Shown here one piece after another: positions 24,431 to 36,910 of a stretch of DNA of 64,000 bases. A program made the position numbers and the translations under genes. Under the pieces are notes generated by a model, which saw nothing but the letters and a program-made list of their open reading frames with translations, was not told the DNA's origin and searched no databases. The stretch comes from Heptranchias perlo (taxonomy: Eukaryota): positions 7,564,001 to 7,628,000 of the forward strand of contig NC_090370.1 in assembly GCF_035084215.1 (NCBI RefSeq), in the 5' to 3' direction. Within the stretch, counting starts at the first letter, position 1. Every line of letters begins with the position of its first letter.

Positions 24431-26760
24431 GGCCTCGGTATTACCAGGGAGGCGGGATGGCAGCGGGGGTGGGGGCGACTTGGCGCGCGGGTAACCCGCC
24501 CTGTGAAATCGGTCCGGTCCCCACATGATTGCAGGTAAATTGAAGCAACTTAATGTGGCTTCCGGGTTTCCCGTCGGAAACCTGCGCAGCGGGCGGACTG
24601 CGCGCCCGCATCACAGGCTGTCTGCTGGAGGAGCTCTACTTAAAGGGGCAGTCCTCCAATGCTGCTCCTGCAGCAAACAGCCAAAATTATAGAATGGAGC
24701 AGCCCAGGGGAAAGGCTGCCCCCAGATTTACGGATGCCTCACTCCAGGTCTTACTGGATGGGGTGAGGAGGAGGAGGGATATTTTCTACCCGGCGGACGG
24801 GAGGAAGTGGCTGTCTCTGCCAGCAAGAAGGCCTGGCTCGAGGTGGCAGAGGAGGTCAGCAGCACCAGCAACATATTCCGCCTTCAGTGACCGCTGTGAC
24901 GGCAGAGGGCGATTCCTCAGAGGACCTGCCGGCCTCTGAGGGGGCACCGTCACATCTGAGCGAGCCATCCACCAGCGCAGATACACACACCTCGGTGGGT
25001 CCCCGTCCTCACTTAGTTGGGGTCGCACATGGTGAGTCACCACACACGTGAGCACGAGCAGACACTGGTGGCAGGGGCAGCTGTGGAGAGTCCGCGTCGG
25101 TGGGAGCACTCTTCTCCAGGCTCTGCTCAGCCGGACACAGATGCTGAACGCTGGGAGCCATCCTTTACAAGGAGAATGATCGAGGGGCAGCAGCGCATTT
25201 GCGAGGTGCTGGAACAGGTGCCACGCGCACTCTCCACAATCGCGCAGAGGATGGAGGAGTCCAACTCCTTCCTGAGTGGAATGGTGGCACAGGTACGGGA
25301 GGGAATCTCTGAGATAGTGTCGCGGGTAAGTGCGGGAATGTCTGCGTTGGAGGGAAGGCTAGCCTCCATCGAGCTTCAAGCACGGCTCACCAATGAGTCC
25401 ATTGAGGCCCTGACAACGGCCGTTCGGACTCAGGGTGAGCAACTTTCTGCCGCCTTAAACAGGCAGACAGATACACTAGCACTGCCCTTACAAGGCTTCA
25501 CACATGTCCTCCAAACTGTCGTCCAGCAGGGTGGTAGGAGTGATGTGGGCCTATCCCAGGAGAGGGATGATGGCGAAAGGGGACATGGAAGTGGGAACGC
25601 CACTCAAAGCGCTCCCACGTCTCACCCGTTGCCCCCCTCTCAACCAGTACCCGCAATGCTGCCTCCTCTCCAGGTGGTCAAGTCTGCCCCTGCACAGGTG
25701 GAGCAGTCTTTGGAGGGGCCCTCACGGGCACCAAAACCCAAAGGCCGTAGGCCCAAAGCATCTCATTGGTCAGGGCATGACCAAGAGCAACCTGCCACTA
25801 CCTCTGCTGCAGCCACAGGGGAAGCACCACGTAGGAGAACTCGTAGGTTTAAGGCGAAGGTTTTGTGAGCACAAAGGGGATGCACAAGGGTGTTTGACGG
25901 TTTGTCATGTTTTTTATTTATATTTGATTTTTGTTAATGACACATTAAATATTATATTGTCACCACTACTGCCACGTCTTGGCCATTCTTGACTGGCTTG
26001 TGTAATAAGTCCCTTTCATGAGGTTCTCCATGAACTCCCACACTTGATGTCACCCATTGGGTCACCCTACAGTGGGTGTATGTGTAGTTGCACGACTATT
26101 TTGTGCAGGTGCCTGTGGTGCAGCACTGTGTTGTGGAGCTCCACGTGGCGGAGGTGGACGGCGTGCCTGGCGAGACTGGTGATGCTGCTCGTCCTCGGAT
26201 GAAGTGATGAATGCAGCTATGGCGCCCATCCTGACGGTGTGAGTTTGAGGGGGTCCGCAAAGTAGGTAAATTTGTTTGCACAGCAGAGTTTAGGGTATAA
26301 ATTAATAGTTTTGAGTGGAAAGACAAAGGTGTTGCAGCCAAAAGTTTGTCTGAAGTGACAGAGTGCCCTGCTGCAATAAATGAGGTTTTCCCCCCACCTG
26401 TCAAAAAATCCTTTGCATCTCCCACTGGCTGCGGACTGAAACACGTCTGTTGTAACAGGGAGTGTTTCCCACAGCACAGGAAACACGCTGAGGATCCTTC
26501 AAAATTGCACCCCTGCCAAAATCTCCACTCAATGAGGTCTGTTAAGTACCTCAACTAGCTAAATAACTATCTAAAGTTGCATCCCACCGGCTTAAATTGC
26601 CGGTGGGAGTCCTGCATGCGGGAGCTGCGCGCGCACCCGAACGCATCACTGGGGAACCCGGAAGTGAGCGGGTTGGAGCCGTGATCTGAACCCGCTCCGG
26701 GATTCCGCCATTTTTGGAGCCCCCCCCACGCACCCACTCGGCCATCCGAAAATCGGCCCC
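24431..26760. mobile_element. PIF/Harbinger copy C, both termini present, two internal deletions
   Basis: ggcctcggtatt...gaaaatcggcccc flanked by a 3-bp direct repeat AAT (24428-24430, 26761-26763). Myb exon 1 is fused to exon 3 near 24880, and the transposase is reduced to its first ~40 codons. Confidence 0.88.
24694..25868 (+). pseudogene. Harbinger Myb/SANT gene remnant with a long open exon-3 frame (coiled-coil-like, basic C-terminus)
   Basis: MEQPRGKAAPRFTDASLQVLLDGVRRRR, then the 283-aa frame 25017-25868 homologous to exon 3 of copies A and D. Confidence 0.75.
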
Positions 26761-27629
26761 AATAGGTCAAATAGTTTGGAGATAGTCAATAGTTTTGAGG
26801 GGAGCAGTCATTGTTGGTGTTACTGCCTGCAATCAGAATCTAACCAGGTTAAGTTTGTTGGGATAATCCAGCTTGTCTTTGAATCGTTAATGGATGTGAA
26901 CTTACAGACTCCTAGCAGACATCCCCAATAGTCTCTCTGGAGGTCACATGCCAAGAGCAAATGGCCTCAAAGTTCCTCAGGATGCAATCCTGGCAAAGCC
27001 CTCCAATGGACACCCTGCTAGAGTTTATGGGATGAATGGGGGGGGCAGCTCATTAGCATGGGGCAAGTGGGCACAAGCGCCACTACAAGCACATCTCTGG
27101 CACCCATCTGCCCATGGAAACTCACCCAATCGCCCGCTGGAGAGGCGGGCGGGGCGGGGGGTTGCCAGGCCCCCTATGACCCCGCCAATGGTCCTCTCAG
27201 CCCCCTGAGCAAGGCCATTTTCTGGTCTGGGCTCCACCGGTGGGTCCCACACGGATCCTCGTGAGGGCTGGTACACCTCCACGTACCCATGTACCAGCTG
27301 TTACTTCTATGCTAGGTACCACTGAAGCCTGAATAGTGGGAGCTCCCGGCTTAGGAAGTCTCCATTCTGACCGTCATTTGCCTTGTAAGAGGTGGACAAA
27401 GGTTTTGCCCCTTCTGAGACACCGAGGAAATGGCTGGAGACTTAGCGCAACCAGGCTTGTGGAAACTGACTTTCTTCCGTAAAGACCAGTGAAAAGTGTT
27501 GGGAGGAAGTCTGAATTGCAACAATACTCATGTAGCAGAGCTTATTAAAACCTGTCTTGGACTATTATTTTCTATAGTTAAACCTCAGAGTGTTTTAAGT
27601 ATAAAACCTGTGGGGGCCTGGTGGCCGTG

Positions 27630-28350
27630 GGTGTCCTCGTACAAGAAACACAAAAAGTTAGTATACAGGTACAGCAGGCAATTAGGAAAACAAATGGTAT
27701 GTTGGCCTTTATTGCAAGGGGGTTGGAGTACAAGAGTAAGGAAGCCTTACTACAGTTGTACAGGGCTTTGGTGAGTCCTCACCTGGAGTACTGCGTGCAG
27801 TTTTGGTCTCCTTATCTTAATGAAGGATATACTTGCCTTAGAGGCGGTGCAACGAAGGTTCACTAGATTAATTCCTGGGATGAGAGGGTTGTCCTATGAA
27901 GAGAGGTTGAGTAGAATGGGCTTATATTCTCTGGAGTTTAAAAGAATGAGAGGTGATCTCAATGAAACATATAAGATTATGAGGGGGTTTGACAGGGTAG
28001 ATGCTGAGAGATTGTTTCCCCTGGCTAGAGAGTCTAGAACTAGGGGGCATGGTCGCAGGATAAGGGGTCGACCATTCAAGACTGAGATGAGGAGGAATTT
28101 CTTCACGCAGAGGGTTGTGAATCTTTGGAATTCTCTACCCCAGAGGGCTGTGGATGCTGAGTCATTGAATATATTCAAGGCTGAGATGGATAGATTTTTG
28201 GACTCTAGGAGAATCAAGGGATATGGGGATCGGGCGGGAAAGTGGAGATGAGGTCGAAGATCAGCCATGATCTGATTGAATGGCGGAGCAGGCTCGAGGG
28301 GCCGTATGGCCAACTCCTGCTCCTATTTCTTATGCTTTTATGTTCTTATG
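27630..28350 (+). mobile_element. CR1 LINE 3' fragment
   Basis: LYRALVSPHLEYCVQFWSP / LEAVQRRFTRLIP / FFTQRVVNLWNSLP with one frameshift; (ttcttatg)-like tail. Confidence 0.92.
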
Positions 28351-29026
28351 GTTAACACATTATTCTGTGTGCTTTTTTAATGAAATCATTAATCTGATTG
28401 TTAACAACTTCACAAAAATATAGGTATGAGCTTAAGGAAGTATCTAGTCACGATGGTGTAGGGCAGGCTTGATGGACCAGTTGGTCTTTTCGTGCCTGTC
28501 AATTTTGTATGTTCGTAATTGTAATATAGCAGATCAAACATCTTGTTGGACCAGTTTTTGATTAGTAGTCATTGCCGGGTAAGTGGTTTGATGTAGTATG
28601 ACAAGCTGTGACAAACCTCATAAATTGCTGCACTTCGAACATACGGTTGCCCTAATCCTACAATGGAAATACCAGTTTCTACACAGATCTGAATGATAAC
28701 AAATCACTTATCACAACTAATTTACACTGGTCACTGTCCCTTGAATCTGTAATGGCTGGAGGACCACATGCAATAGTCGGAGAATACAACTGGGCTCCAC
28801 CCAGCAAACTCAGATCTGCCTCTAAATGAGGATCTCCAGATGCCGCCTCAGGTCCAGCCTTCCCTTTTGGCTCGGGCCTGAGGACCAAGTGGCGGGGGAT
28901 GTGGCAATCCAGCGGGGTCCAGAATCGGGACCTGTCCATGGACCCCGCGGATCGACCGACTGGTTTCACCGCGGCCACTCCCAACCGCGTCAGAACTTAG
29001 TACGGGTGCTGCAACCACCGGGAAGG

Positions 29027-29230
29027 TAAACTCTCTTCCCCTAGAAAGCTGGTGAGGCTGGGGGGAGGGGGGGTCAATTGAAAATTTCAAAACTGAGATT
29101 GATGGATTTTTGTGAGCCAAGAGTATTAAGACAGGTAGATGGAGTTAAGATACAGATTAGCTGTGATCTCATTGAATGGCGGAACAGGCTCGAGGGGCTG
29201 AATGGCCTCCTCCTGTTCTTATGTTCCTAT
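29027..29230 (+). mobile_element. CR1 3' end fragment
   Basis: Near-identical to 35745-35950. Confidence 0.85.
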
Positions 29231-29949
29231 GAAGGAGAGGCTCCAAACCATGGAGCATCTTGTAAACCATTGCTCACCAAAATCATTCCCTGGTGGAATA
29301 GCTCTGATTCACTCCGTATCACCACAGGCCACAGAGTGGATGACAAACTTGGACATCACACGTTTAATGTTGCTTCTCAAGCTGCCGCACGTCTGGAGAT
29401 CAACGGGAACATATACAGTTGATAAAATGCATCAGTGCAACGTTAGTTAAAATTTAGGGGACATTTTCCCCAAGCATTTGCACCTTCTCACCATTATCCG
29501 ATGTGTGAAAGCTGCAGTTTGAGGTCACCACAATAGAATTGCAGTTCCCTCGGAGACTCCAGGGCAGGGTGGTGGCTGTGGGAACAGGCGGAGTCAATCG
29601 ATTCCACACAGAATGCTACCTTTTGTAGTTTAAGCCTATAAATTATCATCCAGCTGCTAATCAGGTTTACCTTGCCACTTATCAACTGCTTTGTGTGAAA
29701 AGAAATGCCTGTGTGCAGAGCAGCTGAAAATTAAAGATTCGAGAAAAACTAAACAGGGAAGTGTTTGGAGAGTGTTGCCTGTGACTATGCAGAGTATGTG
29801 CCAAAGCTAACGAAACCAAAATGGCTTCTCCCAACTTATTTCAGGCCTCATTACAAAGATCGTTCCTTGTTTGAGGGAGGTGTCGTCAAGGGACGCTGAT
29901 TTTGGTCACATCTACTGTTCTATTAAAATTAGCAGAGGAAAATATACCT

Positions 29950-30575
29950 CTCATCCCACCAATTCAAAAAAACATCCATTTACCCCTACTATTTGCTTTC
30001 TGTCCCTCCACCTTAGCTATCCTTTTATCTATGCACGACATTCCCTTTAATACTATCTGCCTTCAATCTCATAACTCGTCTTTTATGTGCTACCTTATCA
30101 AATTCTGAAAATTCATCTGCACAATATCCACCACATTCCCTTTATCTGTATGTACTGTGCCTTCCTCAATTTAATTAGTCAAGTGTGACCTGCCCTGTAC
30201 AAGTCGATGCTGACTGTCCCTCATCAGCCCACACCAATGTCGTCCGATATTATGGATTCTGGGCGTTTACCCACAACTGATGCAAGACTAAGGGGGTGAA
30301 TTTCCTCAGGGCTTCTCCCGCTCTGTCGGCAGAAGTTCGGTGGAGACCCCGTTTATGTGCAGAAATGGTGTTTCTGCCGTGGTTACAGCGACGGAGTGGG
30401 AGAAGTGCTGAGGAAATTCCCCCCACCCCCAACTGCCTTATAATTTCCTCACACAATTCCCATTTGCAAAGATGTTTAGAAAATGGTGGTTAATGGATCC
30501 GCTATCTCCTCTCTCACGATTCGGGGATGCATACCATATGGGCCCGGTTACTTTTCCACTTTTTAAAAACTTTCT
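29950..30575 (-). mobile_element. old degraded CR1 RT fragment
   Basis: Reverse complement gives PGPYGMHPRIVREEIADPL and RDSQH...GRSHLTN...DKGNVVDIV, degenerate CR1 RT motifs. Confidence 0.6.
30292..30424. mobile_element. short MITE (about 133 bp)
   Basis: About 30-bp imperfect TIRs gggggtgaatttcctcagggcttctcccgctc and gagtgggagaagtgctgaggaaattcccccc. Confidence 0.75.
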
Positions 30576-30644
30576 TTTAAAATCAGCGTCCCTTGATGAC
30601 ACCTCCCTCAAATGAACTTTGCAATTATGCCTGAATTAGAAAGA

Positions 30645-31625
30645 ATTATAGAAAGGTTACAGCATGGAAAGAGGCCATTCAGCTCATTGAATCCGGGCCG
30701 GCTCTATGCAAGAGCAATCCAGCTAGTCCCACTTCCCCCCCCCCCATCCCTGTAGCCCTGCAAATTTTTCCTTTCAAGTACTCATCCAGTTCCCTTTTGA
30801 AGGCCATGATTGAATCTGCCTCCACCACCCTCTCGGGCAGTGCATTCCAGATCCTAACCACTCGCTGTGTAAAAAGGTTTTTCCTCATGTCTCCTTTGGT
30901 TCTTTTGCCAATCACCTTAAATCTATGTCCTCTTGTTCTTGAGCCTTCCGCCAATGGGAACAGTTTCTCTCTATCTACTCTGTCTAGACCCTTCATGATT
31001 TTGAATACCTCTATCAAATCTCCTCGCAACCGTCTCTGTTCCAAGGAGAACAACCCTAGTTTCTCCATTCTATCCACATAACTAAAGTCCCTTATCCCTG
31101 GAATCATTCCAGTAAATCTCTTCTACACCCTCTCTAAGGCCTTCACATCTTTCCTGAAGTCCGGTGCCCAGAACTGGACACAATACTCCAGTTGTGGCTG
31201 AACCAGTGTTTTATAAAGGTTCATCATGACTTCCATACTTTTGTACTCTATGCCTCTAATTATAAAGCCCAGGATCCCGTATGCTTTTTTAACGGCTTTT
31301 TCAACCTGCCTGCCACCTTCAATGATTTGTGCACATATACCCCCAGATCTCTCTGTTCCTGTACCCTTTTATAATTGTGCCCTCTAGTTTATATTGCCTC
31401 TCCTCGTTCTCCCAACCGAAATGTATCACTTCGCATTTTTCTGCGTTAAATTTCATCTGCCACGTGTCCACCCATGCCACCAGCCTGTCTATATCCTCTT
31501 GAAGTCTATCACTATCCCCCTCATTGTTTACTACCCTTCCAAGTTTTGTGTCATCTGCAAATTTTGAAATTGTGCCCTGTAAACTAAAGTCCAAGTCAGT
31601 AATATATATCGAGAAAAGTATCAAC
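30645..31625 (-). mobile_element. CR1 LINE 3' fragment including the RT catalytic motif
   Basis: LFSIYITDLD...ISKFADDTKLG...WQMKFNAEKC and RRLRGDLIEVFK...FTQRVVRIWNALP. Confidence 0.93.
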
Positions 31626-31967
31626 TATTAAAAACTGGATTCTCCTTTGTTTTCCCCACAGCCACCAAAAGCACTGACTCTTGCTGGGGGGAGAGTTCCA
31701 TGGACGCAAGTACCTCACTGAAGTGGTTATCCTTAATGTGCGAGTCCAGAAAGTGGGTGTTGACAGATCATTCACCTGAAGGAAAGGGGCTGGGCCGATA
31801 CTGTTGTCACTAGACTTCCAAACATGCACTGATTCTTCCCCTTCAGTGCGTGTTTGGTATAAGTGGGGAGAAGCTATTTTGGTTTTGTTATCTTTGACAC
31901 ATACTCTGCACAGCCACAGACACCAAAGCAACACTCTCCAAACACTTTTCCCTTTAGTTTCTCTTTT

Positions 31968-32831
31968 TCCCAACTAAATATTGGGAAGACCAAAGCCATC
32001 GTCTTTGGTCCCCGCCGCAAACTCCATTCCCTAGCCATGGACTCCATCCCTCTCCCTGGCCACTGTCTGAGGCTGAACCAGACCGTTCACAACCTTGGCG
32101 TCCTATTTGACCCTGAGATGAGCTTCAGACCCCATATCCTCTCCATCACCAAGACCGCCTATTTCCACCTCTGTAACATCGCCTGGCTCTACCCCTGCTT
32201 CAGCTCATCTGCTGCTGAAACCCTCATCCATGCCTTTGTTACCTCTAGACTGGACTATTCCAGTGCTTTCCTGGCCGGCCTCCCATCTTTCATCCTCCAT
32301 AAACTTGAGCTCATCTAAAACTCTGCTGCCCATATCCTAACTCGCACCAAGTCCCGTTCTCCCATCACCCGCTGTGCTCGCTGATCTACATTGGCTCCCG
32401 GTCCGGGAACGCCTCGATTTTAAAATTCTCATCCTTGTTTTCAAATCCCTCCATGGCCTCGCCCCTCCCTATCTCTGTAACCTCCTCCAGCCAAAAGAAC
32501 CCTCCAAGATCTCTGTGCTCCTCCAATTCTTGCCTTTTGCATATCCCCGATTTTAATCACTCCACCATTGGCGGCCGTGCCTTCAGCTGCCTAAGCTCTG
32601 GAATTCCCTCCCTAAACCTCTCCGCATCTCCACCTCTCTCTCCTCCTTTAAGACGCTCCTTAAAACCTACCTCTTTGACCAAGCTTTTGGTCACCTGTCC
32701 TAATATCTCCTTATGTGGCTCGGTGTCAAATTTTGTTTGATAATTGCTCCTGTGAAGCGCCTCGGGACGTTTTACTACGTTAAAGGCGCTATATAAATGC
32801 AAGCTGTTGTTGTTTGTTTGTTGTTGTTGTT
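31968..32831 (+). mobile_element. L2 LINE 3' fragment
   Basis: QLNIGKTKAIVFG...NLGVLFD...LIHAFVTSRLDY...LHWLPV; long (ttg)n tail. Confidence 0.92.
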
Positions 32832-33369
32832 GATGTCTCTCCAGTAATGGCTTTTCCGCATTCTCCTCAAGTACTCCTACAGTCCCACTTTCCTCTTCCC
32901 CTGTAAAAGCTGAGGAAAATACTTATTAAGCCATTCTCTCACTCTCAAGTACAAGATGGCCCCCTTCATTACGAAGAGCTCCCACTCCTTCCTTGACTAT
33001 ACTTTTATTTTATTTCCAGTGTGCTTATAAAATCTCATGCTGTCGCATTATATTTTGACCACCAGGCTACTTCCTCTTAACTTTACTAATCTCCCTCTTG
33101 GCTTACCTTCTATACCTTTATATTTCTTAGTTTTCTTCTGTATATGCCGCTGTATTAATCATTTGCCTCTTCTATAAACTTCATTTGTGCTGTATTAATT
33201 CATGGCACTCCTGATTTTGAAGTACCCCACTGTACTCCTAGTCAGAATGTTTTTAATATGTACCTTATCTAATTTGTCCCTTCCGCAGGCTAGGGCTACC
33301 AGCATCAATATTAGTGTCCCCCCGCTCATCCAAACTAGGATCTAACTAAGATTGGCTAACTCAGCAATT

Positions 33370-33756
33370 TCCTTGTTTTCAAATCCCTCCATGTCCTCGC
33401 CCCTCCCTATCTCTGTAACCTCCTCCAGCCCTACAATCCTCCAAGATCTCTGCGCTCCTCCAATTCTGGCCTCTTGCACATCCCCGATTTTAATCGCCTC
33501 ACCATTGGCGGCCGTGCCTTCAGCTGTCTAGGTCCTAAGCTCTGGAATTCCCTCCCTAACCCTCTCCGCCTCTCTACCTCTCTCTCCTCCTTTAAGATGC
33601 TCATTAAAACCTACCTCTTTGACCAAGCTTTTGGTCTCCTGTCCAAATATCTCCTTATGTGGCTCGGTATCAAATTTTGTTTGATAATCGCTCCTGTGAA
33701 GTGCCTTGGGACATTTTACTACATTAAAGGCGCTATATAAATGCAAGTTGTTGTTG
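33370..33756 (+). mobile_element. L2 LINE 3' fragment
   Basis: GGRAFSCLGPKLWNSLP...FKMLIKTYLF; (ttg)n tail. Confidence 0.92.
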
Positions 33757-33957
33757 TACATGGCCGCAGGCAGTACTGCACCAGGCAGTGCATGTACCTA
33801 CAGAGGCCAGCTCAAGTCTTTCACAAGACTTCCCCTTATCTTGCTACAGTACTTGGCTTCACCAAGCGACAGGTTCAGCAAAAATAACACTTTCACCGTT
33901 TTATTTTTCCTTTTACTTCCAAAGCCCGAGACTTTCACCTAAAACACTGCAAGAACT

Positions 33958-34119
33958 GATGTGGAGATGCCGGTGATGGACTGGGGTTGACAATTGTAAA
34001 CAATTTTACAACACCAAGTTATAATCCAGCAATTTTATTTTAAATTCACAAGCTCCGAAAGCTTGTGAATTTAAAATAAAATTGCTGGACTATAACTTGG
34101 TGTTGTAAAATTGTTTACA
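33958..34119 (-). mobile_element. Penelope-like hairpin element, second subfamily
   Basis: Inverted repeat 33994-34120 with a 5-nt loop (ccgaa) and one mismatch, plus the shared tail. 12-bp TSD actgcaagaact at 33946-33957 and 34120-34131. Confidence 0.9.
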
Positions 34120-34704
34120 ACTGCAAGAACTAACCTACAAAACACTGTTAAAATGAGCTTTGGATTCTGCTGACAATGGCACAACTTTTAGCTGGGCTAA
34201 ACCGATTCGAAAGGGGAGCGCAAACGTTTTAAAAACCTTGCAAGTTAATGCAAAGTGTTTTTTTCTTTTATTCTCAATGCATTCCTCCAGTGAGTTTAAA
34301 CATGACTCACTTGCACTCAAAGATTACAAGGTGAAGTAAATTCATCAGACTATTTATTTTCTGATGAGTGCGGTGCTAAAAGCTCAGCTTGCATTAATTA
34401 CAAAACCGCAGCAGCGTGAAATTCTTGTTGCAGCCTGTATTTTTGTTTAAGACAGGCATCAAATCATTTCACCTTCTCCCTCCGTTGACAAGCAGATGTT
34501 AAATGACCAGATGGGTGTTTTTTTTTAAAATAGCTTCACTCATCTTTTCAGACTGAGTAGAAAATTGAATTTATGGCCGTGCGTGCAATGCAGGGGAAGT
34601 CTACAGAGTCTGTCTAGCAAAGGATGTTTCACTAATTCTTCTTAATAAACGTTTCTACTCCTGAAGGTGAAGGATCTTCGTTCTGGGGAATGGAACACTT
34701 TGCA

Positions 34705-35037
34705 TTTCAGGCATCAAGCACTCCCACCGCTCAGATATCACTTCGATGCACAGTGAAGCTACCCTCTATACTGTCCCAGCGATGTGCCTCGCCCCGAATG
34801 ACAGAGGAGCACCTTCTATTGCACCAGTGAGGCATTCCTCCATTCCATATTAACCATTCTGCGTCCTCTCTGACAGAGAGGTTTGTACCGTTATAGTTGA
34901 GAGTTCAGACTGCCCAAACTCATTTTGCATAACGCCACTGCAGCCAGCAGAAAGAGCAGACGTTTATCTCACCAGTCTAGGCGGGATTCAAACCAGGTCC
35001 GGGGTCAGCATGCTAACCCACTGCACCACCCAGTCCC
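34705..35037 (-). mobile_element. LF-SINE-like tRNA-derived SINE, near full length
   Basis: Head gggactgggtggtgcagtgggttagc...ggtttgaatccc (A/B boxes), then ctgctggctgcagtggcgttatgcaaaatgagtttggg, cagagagg and gaggcacatcgctgggacagt, collinear with the remembered LF-SINE consensus. Confidence 0.65.
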
Positions 35038-35049
35038 GAAATGCATAAC

Positions 35050-35430
35050 TCATAGAAATATAGAATCTTACAGCACAGAAAGAGGCCATTCAGCCCATCA
35101 TGCCCGTGCCGGCTCTTTGAAAGAGCTATCCAATTAGTCCTACTCCCCCCGTTCTTTCCCCATAGCCCTGTAAATGTTTTCCATATCCAATTCGCCTTTT
35201 AAAATTTATTATTAAATCTGCTTCCACCAACCTTTCAGGTACTGCATTCCAGATCGCAGCATTAAAAAAAAATCTCCTCGTCTCCAACCCCCCACCCCTC
35301 CCGGTTCTTTTGCCAATTTTACCTTGTAGAGGTTCTTCATTAAAATCAATGCAAAGTGGGTTTGACAAGATAAAAAGGGCCATTGCAACCATGACTGACA
35401 CAAATGGCTCAGCCAACGGGAACAAGGCAT
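35050..35430 (-). mobile_element. CR1 3' fragment
   Basis: WNAVPERLVEAD motif and reverse complement of the CR1 3' UTR. Confidence 0.8.
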
Positions 35431-35659
35431 GGCTGTGGGAAGTGACGGAGAAAGATCTTAAGGTAATCCGAGTCTTGTGATCAGTAACAGTCACCGTTTC
35501 CTGGGGGGAGGGGGTGGGGTGGGAGGGGGAAGGGGATCTTAAAACTACTTGGAGAAGAATTATGAAAACAGATTGGTGAGGATGCCATCAAGTTACAGTT
35601 ACCTGTAAAACAAAACCTTAATGAAACAGATCTCATTTACAAAGTGCCAAATGTTTTCT

Positions 35660-35950
35660 TCATCAAAGCCACAGAGAGGGAAAAGTCAACTGTTCAGGGG
35701 TGATGTCAGGAAGCACTTCTTCACACAAAGGGGAGTGGAAATCTGGAACTCTCTCCCCCAAAAAGCTGTTGAGACTGGGGATCAATTGAAAATTTCAAAA
35801 CTGAGATTGATCGATTTTTGTTAGGCAAGGGTATTAAGGGTTATGGAACCAAGGCAGGTAGATGGAGTTAAGATGCAGATCAGCCATGATCTAATTGAAT
35901 GGCGGAACAGGCTCGAGGGGCTGAATGGCCTCCTCCTGTTCCTATGTTCC
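35660..35950 (+). mobile_element. CR1 3' fragment
   Basis: RKHFFTQRGVEIWNSLP and 3' UTR hairpin. Confidence 0.88.
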
Positions 35951-36910
35951 CTTCTGGAAAGTGCACATGTGGATGTCAGTTGCGAGACCCCCGCGACAGA
36001 ATAGCCTGCCAAAACACACTGTTAAGAATCGCACATGATCAATGGCTAGTTGGATAAGCTAAGCGCAGGACCACTGGCACTGATGAAACTATAGCTCAGC
36101 ATGTGTCAGCAAGGTCAGGAAAGAAGGGAGAAAGCTATAGAAATAAATGGAGCCCAAAGCAGAATAAAAAGCTGAATCTGGGTTACCATCATGGGCGTAT
36201 ACCGTGCAGCGAGCCTGTGGCTCTGTTATGTTGGTACAGGTTTAATGTTAAGATTTGCATGCCTCATACTTAAAATTCCTGTCAAAACTGTAACAGGATC
36301 TCAGGTCATCAACTAAGAGAACAACTCTTCAATCTCACCTGTCAGGCAGATTGAGGCCTTCAGTTAAAAGGACTGCAGTTTCAGCCTGCAAGAATATCTT
36401 CCTCAGGATTGAATTCCTTGGTTTCCAAAAGATTCCTTTTCTTCATGAACAGAAATGACAAGGGAAATGTATAAAAATTACAAGTGGATTCGATATATAA
36501 AAGCAATCAATTTTTAAAACACTCCTAAAGGTTGCCTGGGCCTTTTATTAATTTTCATGCTAGCAATCGATAGTATCAACAGGAAACACAGGGCTTGATT
36601 GAATCCATTTTAAACCGCCAATATGTGCTGTATTTCAAGAATGTAAAAGGCTTAGTGGAGACATGCTACAGATCTTCAAAATAACGAAAGGTAGACAAGA
36701 GGCTGAAGCAGGGAAGCTATTTAATTTGGACATTGAGCAGGGAAAGAAGACTAGAAGGAGCAAACATTAAAAAATGCACTGTTAGAGATTAGAAAAAATA
36801 TTTTTCCTACAGGATAGCAGAGGTGGAACAGACTCCCAGAGAAGGGAGTTAATTTGGGGCCAACAGACATCTTTAAAAGGTGCTGAAATCAATGGCTAAT
36901 GATGGGAAGA

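Noticed and set aside
34970-35037. tRNA gene
   Set aside because: A/B boxes are present but there is no complete cloverleaf and it runs into a SINE body; the same applies to the heads at 52339 and about 43400.
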